Source: the human T2T-CHM13v2.0 reference genome, Homo sapiens
Direction: 5' to 3' (one strand)
Assembly: GCF_009914755.1 (NCBI RefSeq)
Contig: NC_060931.1
Length of the DNA stretch: 64,000 nucleotides
In this document: positions 24,139 to 34,938 of the stretch, one piece after another
How the letters are laid out: every line of letters begins with the position of its first letter
Numbering within the stretch: the stretch's first letter is position 1
The notes under the pieces: model-generated
What the model saw: only the letters and a program-made list of their open reading frames with translations
Told to the model about the DNA's origin: nothing
Databases searched by the model: none
Made by a program: the position numbers and the translations under genes

Positions 24139-26520
24139 ATGGACTGCTTAGGAGTAGGTTGGCAGGTACCAGAGGCACTGGCCCTACACTCTGCTCTGGA
24201 AGATTGAAGCCAGAGAGCAGAATCTCCCAGGTTCACTTTTGGCAGCAAGTAAACGGTGTCATGTGACAGGTTTTCCAGGAAGTTTGCATGGGTCACTTTA
24301 CATTGTTGTCTCCTAGCAATAGATTGATGATGGTCACACTTTCTGTGTATCTAGATTATGCCCTCTTGGGTGTGATGTGTGTCTCCTGGCAGTGACATAC
24401 AGAGGAGTTTTCCCACTTCTCCAAGGAATAGAGAGTCACTGAGACCATTTGACATCTGGAGTGGAGCAAAGGAACTTTGCAAGCCTCGTTCAAGAGAAGG
24501 GTGAGGGAGCTTGTATGTCCAACCTTTTTATCCTCTCTGGACCACTTCTTTGCATCTGTGCTGCATTTTCTGATCCAGCAATGTTCTCTTTGAAGATGAG
24601 ATAGGAGTAGGGACCCATGCTCCTTGCTGCCAGCACTTGACCCAGCTGGCACAGGTAGAGCAGGACTAGTCTCAAGTAGGAAAGCTGGTTCCATATTGTG
24701 GTGAGACTAGGGGAGTGGCAGAAAGTGCTTTAGCCTCACATCTACCCTAGCTAAGCTCTGGAATGCTCTCCACTTTTAAGCGATGCAAGGGACAAAAGAC
24801 GTTTCTCTTAGGATGGCTATCTCCTCTGGCCAGCTCCGAATGCCTATCCCTCATGATGGTTACATCCAGGTAAGGTATGGAGAGGAAAACACAGTCTCAG
24901 AGTTTAAAGTGAGGTTTCATTATTGGTAATGATTTCAGGACTCTCAGTAGGAAGAGGAAAGTGAAACATGTGGTTCTAGATTTCAAACTTCCAACTAACT
25001 ATCAGGGTTTGTGAAGTTTCTGGGATTTTTATTCTAATTGCAACCTGATATATTAACCTGTTATTGCTTCACGAATGCTGGCAGAAGACATGATAGTCCT
25101 GTGTCAGAAACAAAGGACTTTATCACTCATGGCGAAGCAAGCAGCATTAGCTTCACTCTGGTTTGCACTGGTTTCTCTTTCTCTCCAAGTTTTATGGGCC
25201 GACACATGTGGGTCTACATGATGCCTGTCTATGAAGTGGGTTGGGTGACAGCAACAGGACCTGGAGCCTGGAGAACTTATTGCATTTGCATAGAGCAACA
25301 AGCAAGCATGATCTGTGTCTGGGGGATGGGGGTTGGTGGCACTGTTACATCATCCTTCATTGATGCTGGACAAACACAGTCCTGAGAAAGGGGCCAGGAT
25401 TCTTGGCACACCAAGCAAAAACAGGCAGGAATGCTAAGGCACCATGGTAGGTTGCCTTTGTGACAATGACTCTCTGAAAAGGATGCTGTTAGCTTGCTTT
25501 TTAAAGAAATCATGTTATTTTTTCAATTAAACATTTAATATCTATAACAATGTTATAGCATTGGTTGAGGGTAGTAAATCAGGAAAGATCTATTTTTAGT
25601 TGAGATGTGTAACGTATTAGTGTATGTGACATGAAGTTATATGGATTATATGGAGACAGTTTACTCTGCAGGTGTTCTAATGCTTATGCAAAATCCTGAA
25701 TGTGGCATCTTGGGGGATTTCCAGTGGTCCTGTATCTGACATGTTATTCTCCAATATACTGCAGTTGTAACATTTGTTCTTAATGCACAGATAGATTAAT
25801 CTCCCTGCTTCCACTCTTCATTTGCTCATGAAGTATAGCTCTAGTCACCTTCATCCACTCCCTTTCCTTGGACACAGCAACACGTGTATGATCAAAGATC
25901 TTTTCACAAATACAGTATCCCTCTTCTGTGATGGTTTACAATAATCAATAGCATAGATATTTTCTAGGTCTGTGCATAAGTGGATATGCCTGCCACTGTA
26001 TATATAGGACTTAGAGGATACAACCTGATAGAACATAAAAGAATCTAATTCTTAGCATGATAACTGTATTCTTACTGCTCCTACAAATGGACTAACTGAG
26101 TCATTCTCTTACCATTGTGGAGTTTGCCTACAACAATTCACCACCCTTCTTGAGGTAAAACACACTGTACCTTTGCAACTATGGCTTCTCTGTCACTGGC
26201 TCCTTTCACTGCTGACTGCGTCCACCATCCTCGCTTCCAGCAGTAGCAGGAGGAGTTGTGGACTTTCCAAGAGGATCTGTGATATATTTTTGGCCATGCC
26301 AATAGGCTGAGCAAGTTTTGATGACCAAGGCTTGGTTCCAGTGAAAGCTAGGGCAGCCCTATTAGTTAATACTACAATAATAATGAAGGACCAATAAAAA
26401 TAGAATCATGAAAATCTACCCATAGTCACCATAAGAGTGCTCCGGAATGTTCCAGAATGGCCTTCCAGCAGGTGATCCCAAGAGGTCTCCAGGTGAGACC
26501 CTTGGATTTTCTGGTCCTTA
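24139..26520 (+). mobile_element. Decayed Ty3/Gypsy (Sushi-ichi/chromovirus-like) internal region: gag, protease, RT thumb, integrase
   Basis: Collinear motifs read through frameshifts: LLQG..VTE, GPMLL, LxxYCG knuckle, SGxxxxF, DFxxPxxxxxLxSF(L)GF, LxxFLKK, FxWx9Y..SCNIC, DLFT, YCSY...LLPLVEFAYNNS-x12-NYG, AFQQVIPRGLQVRP. Confidence 0.8.
25039..25465 (-). mobile_element. ERVL-type solo LTR (LTR53/MER88-like) nested in the Gypsy fossil
   Basis: TGCAACC...GCTGGCAGAAGACATGA...GTCAGAAACAAAGGACTTTATCACTCATGGC...AAGCAGCAT; TG...CA ends. Confidence 0.65.
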
Positions 26521-29280
26521 CACTGGCAGGTCATGCAGCACTGGGCTAAAAATGCAGTAAAGCAAACTGTGCACAGGACAAGAGGTAAGGCCAAGTGACC
26601 ATTTCACACCTCTCCTCTCCTCCTTACTCCTTCCCCTTTTAATGTTCTTCACTTGCTTACTGTCACACCCCGGGTTTCCAGAACACTAACTCTTCTCCCA
26701 CTTCACTTTCCCTCATAGGTTTATCCATTCTCTGGATTCCCTGTAGGATTGTTTGCTCAGTGGCTGTCATCTCTGCCTTCAACCCTCACTGCTCACCTGG
26801 TTCTTCTATATCTCGGTATGTAACCATGGTGGGTGGGGAAGCAGTTTTGTTAATTAGAGAAGTAGAGATACTCTCCTCTGGGTTTCAGGAAGTAGGAGAA
26901 ATTGCTTCCAGGTAGAGGTCAGGGAAATACTTGTGCAGGAGAAAGCATCTGCCTGGAATCTTGCAGACAGTGTGCATTTCCAACTAGGAAGACATCAAGA
27001 GGGGCTGTGCAACAACAGAAAGACCCACAGGCAGTTCACTGAGGGCATCCTGAGCAAGGGTGAGAAGCTGAGTTTAAACGAAACAGAACACACATATGTG
27101 CTAGTGATTGCTGAATTCTCAGATGTTGCTTTTCTGATAATTGTACATATAATTTCCCCTCTTTCTTTTTCACTTTCCAAGTGTTTTTTTTCTTTTCAAA
27201 GCTGCAATGTTGGTTGCCACTCTGAAAACTCAGTGTTATCTGGAGAAGCATATGCATTTTATAGTCCCCATCCCTTGACTCTTCCTTAACAATCTCATCT
27301 TTGTGGTTTCTCCAGTAAATTTATCTGAACAGCAGCACATTATTTTCTATTTATCCTGGATCATTTAAAAATTTTCTCAAAGGGATTTCTTCAAAGTTTA
27401 CTAGTTTCTTTCTCTTGCTGTTTGCCCATATTCTTGGAAGCATCACAGCATTAATGATTCTGTGATTGCTGGACCGTAGAAACTTGGCCCTTGCATATTT
27501 GCTTTCATCATTCTTTGTTTATTAGGAGGAAATCCAGGAAATAAATCAAGAAATTAGAGCATTCTCTGGAGTTTTACTGCGGCTCAGCACTCCTTAAAAA
27601 ATATGTCCTGCTGTTCATTTATTCCAAAGTGTACTTGATGATTCTCTGGGAATTCGCTGTCCATCACATGTTAGAACATTGCACCATTCAAAAATTCATC
27701 GCTTAGGGACATAAACTCATTGGGGAGAGTTTCTTCAGCTGTTTTTCTCATTAGTCTTTGACTTTCCAGAAACTGCCTCAGAGAAAGCTTTAAATGCTCG
27801 CTATTTAAACTACAAATATACAGCAGTGATCTTCCCATTTTGTCAAAAACTTCCAATGGCTGCTGATGGAATTGGGTCTGCAATAAGAAGAAGAGTGAAA
27901 GAGATGGATCAGAAAACATTAGACTGCAGAATTTAAAGCATATATTTGAACATACTGTCTGAATGAAAAGGGATTAAGCCATAAAGTTGAAAACATTTAT
28001 GTTGTATAGCAAGCAGCCCTTCTTTCCAAGCAGAGACTTGGTCATGCCATTAATTTTTCCATCAAAATTTCTTGAATTAAATATCTAAGAAACATCAATT
28101 GAGTGGCTACAGTGTGCCAAGTATCTAAAACACAAACAATGTAAGCAGAGTCTCTGGCTCCAAGCATATTACAAATTGTACTGTAATAGCGAGATTTAGC
28201 AAATGATTTTGATAATGAGCCAAATAAAGATATATGCCCAGATGTTTCCACCAGTGGAGGACCTCTCCATGCCTAGGCACAGGCTACGATTAACATGCTT
28301 ATCGCAGTGGGGTTGATTCCAGGAAGCAGCACCCAGATGGGAAAATGTAGCCAAGAGCAATCAGGGTCAATGAAAGGATGGTGAGTGGCCAAGAGATTGG
28401 AGAAAGTGTGAGCTATCATCAAAGTGGCACAGAACAGCCCTTGCGAAGATACAACAGGAGGAATTCAGGTTCTCATAGCATCTTTTTCTGTGTTGGGCCA
28501 CCTTTCATTATATGTGCTGGGGGCAGTTAGAAAGTAAATTGCAAAATGGAGTTGGGTAAGATGTTCAGCTCTGTCTAGGGAAGCAGTGAAGGCACCATAG
28601 GATGAATTGAATTCTGAAGGATGAGTCATAGACCAATGCTGTTTTATTTTGTTTGAAATGAAGCTGTCATCAAAATATGTATTAGATAATCAAAATATGT
28701 CTTAGAGATTTTCCTTCTAAGAATTTTTATGTGCATGTGTGTGTGTATATGTTTGTGTGTGTGTATATATAAATATATATTTACATATACATGTGTCTAT
28801 AAAAGGGAATATATATATAAGAGAAAAAATATATTTCTCATTTTCTGAAAAATAAGTCTATATTGAAATGTTTTTCGTTTATATAGTTAAACTATATTTA
28901 TATCAAATATACAATGAATTAAAGAAAATTTGTGTTTTGGTTAATCTAATTGGTTGAGAACATTGCTCTGTTTCTGATTGTATTATTCTGTTTTCTACAG
29001 AAAAAAATAATTCTTTTGGGTTCAAATAAAGGGACTTTAAGAAAGAGAACAGTTACAGAGGTGAGGTCTTTGTTAAAAACAAGGGTACTCAGAGATGAGC
29101 CACAGCAGCTGGAGAAAACTGGTATGACTTGTAATGCCTGCGAGATGTTGGGGGAGGGGATAGGAGATGCTTTTTGAGAACAGTGATCAGGTAGAGAGAT
29201 GGAGGAAAAGATAACTGAGAAGGTGTGGTGCCAAACCAGAATACCAGAATATACCTCTGAACAAAATATATTTGTATTAG

Positions 29281-29640
29281 TGATATGGTTTGGCTGTGTC
29301 CCCACCCAAATCTCATCTTGAATGGTAACTCCCATAATTATCTCCTGTTGTGGGAGAGACCCAGTGGGAGATAACTGAATCACGGGGCGGTTTACCCCAT
29401 ACTATTCTCATGGTAGCAAATAAGTCTCATGAGAGCTGATGGTTTTATAAGGGGAAACCCCTTTCGCTTGGCTCTCACTCTTCTCTTGTCTGCTTCCACG
29501 TGAGATGTGCCTTTCACTTTCTGCCAAGATTTTGAGGCCTCCCCAGCCACGCAGAACTGTGAAGCTATTAAACCTCTTTCTTTGTAAATTGCCCAGTTTC
29601 AGGCATGTCTTTATAAGCAATGTGAAAACAGACTAATACA
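29281..29640 (+). mobile_element. THE1C-like MaLR solo LTR
   Basis: TGATATGGTTTGGCTGTGTCCCCACCCAAATCTCATCTTG...AGGGGAAACCCCTTTCGCTTGG...GACTAATACA, 360 bp; 5-bp TSD ATTAG/ATTGG. Confidence 0.93.
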
Positions 29641-30328
29641 ATTGGGTTATCTGTAATTTGTTAGCCTGGGTACAATTCTACAAGAGTAAAAAAAGCCATT
29701 CCATTCAGAGAAGAAGCCTGTATGAAGGCAAGAAGACAAGAAAATGCACGGTGACCTGGAGACCACCTCAGTGGACTTCAGGTGATGGAGGGAAGAAGAA
29801 GCTGAGTCTGCAGGGGAAGATTTTGGGAGAATGCAGGCTTTGTGCCACGGTTAATGAGACCTACAATTAGCATTAATCTTCACTAGCCTACATCTTAGAA
29901 AATATCTTCCAAATTGTGTGTGAGACTCTGTCAAAGACAATTAAATTGGACTTAACTTGTTAACTAGTTAATGGGACAAGTTCTAGTTACTTCAGATTCT
30001 GTCTCAGGAAATAGAAATGGAATTGAAACTTTGTGAATGACTTTTATATCACCATCTCTCTGGCATGTTTTGAAAATTGTTTGAATAATTCAGAAAGAAT
30101 TTTCTGAATCTTACTATATGCTAGGCTCTGTGATACATGATATACATCTGATTTCACATTTTAACCTTAGGCATAAGATGGATACAAATGCTAGGAACTG
30201 AACTAGAACAGTGAAAAAATGAATAGAGTCCCTACCTTCATGGAGTTTATAATTCAGAAAGAACCACTGAGAATTTGAAGTGTTTATGAGCACATGACAT
30301 TTTTGAAGGACACCTGGCAGGTGTTATA

Positions 30329-30890
30329 TGTGAAGCAGATTCATGGTGCGCCAGTTACCAGTCCTAGGGGAGGGCTCCCACTGCGTGGAAAACAGCAGAA
30401 ATCATTATGAAGTCAATCATGAGGAACAGGAGTCCAAACGCTTTCATCCACTGCATTTTGAGCTGCAATTTCTACAACTTGCACAAGTCTGGTGAGAGAG
30501 AATTTATACAAGTGAAGCAACTTTATTGCTCACAGACATGCTGCAAGAGACAGTAGAAGCCATGGTGAGCCAATCTCTCAAAGCTCAGGAAAGCCTCGTA
30601 GGATAGATGGAGTCTCACCTGCATGTTCCCTACATTATACCATAGCTGAGGAATCCAAAAAGCATTCTGCACTGGGGTTTATACCCCAGGAAAAACTGGG
30701 ATCGCTGGGCTAAAGCATTGTGGGACATTCTATTCTAGGAGATATAGGAACAGAGCTCAGGCTATTCCAGCCAGTTCCTCCTTATCTCAGAATGTTGCAT
30801 TCTCAGCATGTCCCACAGTTATTCTGACATTTACAAGGGAAAACTGAGGAAGAGCTGGGTCAGCCAAGGCTATCTTGGGATGTCCTGCAC
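30329..30890 (-). mobile_element. ERVL-type LTR (LTR47/MER54 group)
   Basis: TGTGAAGCAGATTCA...TTACCA...GCTCAGGAAAGC...GGATGGAGTCTC-like...TTTATACCCCAGG...TGTCCTGCAC. Confidence 0.55.
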
Positions 30891-32849
30891 TATGAGAAAA
30901 AGTGGAGCTTCATCTATAGGTGATAATTCAAGGCTCCCCGGAGGGAGAATTATAAAAGCTGAGACTTGAATGTGGAAGATTCAGCCATGAAAGAAAGTGC
31001 TGAAGGTGGGCATGTCAGTGCAGAGAGCCCCATTTCAAGCAGGGAAACAGCGAGAGAGTGGGGCCCATTTGAGACACTTAAGATCATTATGTTTAAAGTA
31101 GTGGCTGCAAGAGAGAAAGCTAGGTTGCCTTGTGCAGGATCTAACCATAAATGTGGTTTGCAACACACTGACCCTGAAAGATAAAGTTATGTGTAATGCT
31201 AAGTTAGTTGACACAAACCCAGAAACGCATTCCACCCCTGGTGCTATGAGAGACATCCAGTAGTTAGAAGCTGAATGAGGACACTGTCATTACTTTGTAA
31301 AGGCTATTATTTCTGGTGTACCTATCCAGGCTGTCAACGTAAAATTCTATATATTCAAAGTTAATACATATCCGTCTCTCTTCACTTGGATGTGAAACTG
31401 CTGGTGGAGCTAGCAAAGAATTTGCAAGTTTAGTCAAGTCTGACTGACACTCCCAAGGGCAATGAGGCATTTGCCCCTGATTTAGGTGACCAGGCTGGTA
31501 CTCCTATCCAGGGTCCCTTCATTTCTCAACAGATATTTATTGGGCACTTGCCATGTGCGGGGTCTTGTACTCAGAACTGGATTGATTAAGTTATAGCTCT
31601 CAAGGCAGCCACAGTCTATTAGGAAAGCAGAGAAGATTATACATCAGAGATAATACCACATGATAATGCTTCACAAAAGGAAAGTACAATATCCTAAGGG
31701 AAAAGAGGCTACCTGAGGAATCTGAGTTAATTCATTTGAGTCACCTTCAAGGAATAAACAGGAGATTTATAAAAGCAAACTGCCATGGCTGAAATTTCAA
31801 TTCACTTGGCAATTTGGAATTTATGTTAGACTCAAAGGTGTTTAGTGCCTCCCGCCACCCCCACAAAAAAGTGTCCAAATATATTCCAAAAACTTACTAG
31901 AATATTTGCATTGAAAATAATGTTTATGGTTGGATATAAGGATGTTAACCAAATACACTTACATCACTGATTTTTTAGACAAGTGTCAGACTTTAAGCAA
32001 GAAGTATTAGGATATCTACAGAAATAGCTGAAAGGGAGTTCTTAATTAAGCCCATCATTTTTGACTGTATTAACTGTAGGGAGACAAACAGAAGGGTTGT
32101 CCAGTGGTTCTCCACTTATTGAAATCTCTCTGGAACTTTCATCAAAGAGAAGTATTAAATGCATTCAGATGTTTGAAATGGGATTTTTTTCAACAGCTCA
32201 ATGGATTCTGATATTTTCTCAGATAGATTGAGCCAGTTGAAGACTAAGCTGGAGAAGCCTTCAGCCAGTGAGATTCTGCTCCTTCCCCCCCATATGAAAA
32301 AAGGGTTATTACGGCTTCAGAGGATTGAATTCTAGATATTTTGGTAATTGCTAAGAAGCGTAGAAGTAAGCTCTCCTGTCATAAAAATATTAAAAACCAA
32401 TGCAGTTTAAATTGTCAAAACAAAACAATCCCTTTATGTATAGGTACCACAGATGGATGGATGATGCAATGTGAATGATAAATGACCGTAAGCTCTTTAA
32501 GCAAATGCTAACCTCTAGCTGGGATGTTATAGGAGTCCCATTCAGAAACGGACTTTGCATTGAGCTAGCCATGAAACCTTACACTTGATTTAGTCTGTGA
32601 TACTGCCACAGTTTGATCTTTGCCTTCAATGACTGATTCCTTGTAAGAAATAAAGCTGCAGAACCAAATGCACACTCTCTCTATAGCCACTTGAGACAGC
32701 AACATTTGCAGCCTACTTGGTATAATTGCAGATTTAAAATTACATTAGAATATTTTCTCTTTTCTGTTCCCTTTTTTTCTGAACAATTCAGATCAAAAGT
32801 TGCTAGGTGGGTCTGAGCAAGGTTATTTTCTGCCGTGGGTGGCAGGGTC

Positions 32850-34190
32850 CTGGCTTAGGTTATCAGAGACCCAGCTGTGTGGAGACTGTCAGTGGGTTGG
32901 GGAAGGAGGTGACAGCTCAGCATGGGTTATTGGAGCTCTACTGGAATAAATAGAATGTCTGAGGGGCATGAGTGATAACAAGAAATTGGTTCCATACAAA
33001 GGAATCCATTAAACAGGTAATGATATGAGGATATTGAGAGACAGACTCTCACTGTCAGAGAAGAAAGTTAAGTATCCTAAAAGGGAGAAAATTAGAATGA
33101 ACCTTATTGCATTTGGATATAACTGTATAAACTAATTTCCAAATATCTATAAATAAAAATAAATATGTCTATATTTAAAAGTAAATATAGACGTAAATGT
33201 GCATATAAAAACATATATGCATGTACATTCCCTAGTGAAATTCACTGAAAAAGGCTGCTGAACATCAACACACACATTTTGGATTTTAAAGATCATTTCA
33301 CATCTCTAACAGGCACCAGGGCTCTTGGAAGAAATAGCTGATTCCAGGGCAGGGGCAGAGAAAGTACAAGATAAGCCTGGAACTTCTTTGTTTTCACAAA
33401 AATGTAAAGAAAAGCACAAAAAATGATAATGATTGATAAATTAGGCTCCTCTGGCCAAATATGAGACAATTTAAGCACCGTATTAGTGATCGTAATCTAT
33501 TATAATTTGTTGAATAAAATGATGAGCCATGAGTCGATATTAACATAATTTTTTCAAATGAGTGAATAAATGAAAAATTTGATGAGGAAAAGGATATTCA
33601 AATAGTTTCAAAGTTCTTCCCAATAAAAAAATAAGTTATAAAGGAGAAAATAGTAACATTACAGTGGAGAAGACTGACAGACACCATCTTAATCAAGCAA
33701 TCAAAATGAATATCATCAAGAAAGGGGTGAATCAACATCATATGTTACCTTATAGGATATAATGAGAAAAAGTAGCATTGTTTTTGTGATATTCCTTATG
33801 AATCTAATAATAAGGAAATGTCCAAATTGAAAGACATTTTACAAATAACTTGCCTTCATCTTTCAAAAGGCTCAAAAGCATGAAAGATATGAAACATCTG
33901 AGGAGCTGTAACTAATGGAAGCATAGTAAAGATATGCAATAAGTGATTAAGTATTGGATCTCTTGCTTGCTATATATTGGACAATTGGTGAAATTTGAGT
34001 GAGGTCTAAGGTGTAGATGGTAGTTATGTGTCAATGTAATTTCCTGATATTGATGTCTGTACTGTGTATACATAGGAACATGTCTTTGTAGGACATACAG
34101 GACATACACACTAGGAGTTATACTCCAATGGCTTATAAAAAAAGAATTGTACTGTTTTTGCAATTTTTTATGGAACTTTGAGGTTGTTTT
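32850..34190 (+). mobile_element. L1MC4/5-like 3' end
   Basis: CCAGGGCTCTTGGAAGAAATAGCTGATTCCAGGGC...ACAGTGGAGAAG..TGACAGACACCATCTTAATCAAG...TGTACTGTTTTTGCAA. Confidence 0.75.
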
Positions 34191-34231
34191 ATATGTATAT
34201 ACATAAATAAATTTATATATATAAATAATAT

Positions 34232-34938
34232 ATAAAAATCAATTTATATATATACAACTATAGTAGAGAAAGATTAAGTTTAATGAGTGCAAGACAGCCA
34301 AGTGGGAGAACTGGTGTTATCACTTAAACTGGTCTCACTGAAGGCTTGAAGGTTAGAGTTTTTCAAGTATAGTTTGGTGGCCAGGGGATTAGAGGATAGG
34401 TGCTGCTGATTGTTTGGGATGAAATCATAGGGGTGTGGAAAGCAGTCTTCTTACATTGAGTCCACTCCTGGATTGGGGACCACAGGACTGGTTGAGTCAT
34501 GAGTCACAAGTTCAGATGGGGTCAGTGTGAAAACCATCTCAAAAGACCAATCTTAGCTTCCACAATAGTGATGTTTTCAGCAGGAGCAATTGAGGAAGTC
34601 ACAAATGTTGTGACCTCTTCCCACGTGACTCCTGAGCAGTAAGAGATTACAGAAACTATGCCTACTTTTTAGCAGAATGTAGGCCTCTCCAATAATTCTA
34701 ATCTTGTGGCCTTTCATTAGTCTAACAATGGCAGTTTCAGCCCCCCAACAAAGAGGGAATCCATTTTAGGGAGAGACCATTATCCTTGCTTCTAAATTAA
34801 ACTATAATTTCCTCCCATGGTTAGCTTGGCCTATGCTCAGGAATGAGTGAGGAGAGCCAGCCTGTGAGGCTAGAAGCAAGGGGGAGTCAGTCATGTTAGA
34901 CTTCTCTCACTGTCATAATATTTGCAAAGCTGGTTTCA
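34232..34938 (-). mobile_element. LTR8A-like ERV1 LTR
   Basis: Minus strand begins TGAAACCAGCTTTGCAAATATTATGACAGTGAGAGAAGTCTAACATGACTGACTCC...GCTTCTAGCCTCACAGGCTGGC. Confidence 0.8.

Noticed and set aside
26406-26594. Minus-strand ORF with WDHLL...FRST, superficially integrase-like
   Set aside because: The collinear integrase signal is on the + strand; this ORF is antisense to it
26520-26660. Chromodomain and polypurine tract expected after the integrase
   Set aside because: No convincing motif found; the stretch before 26661 is pyrimidine-rich
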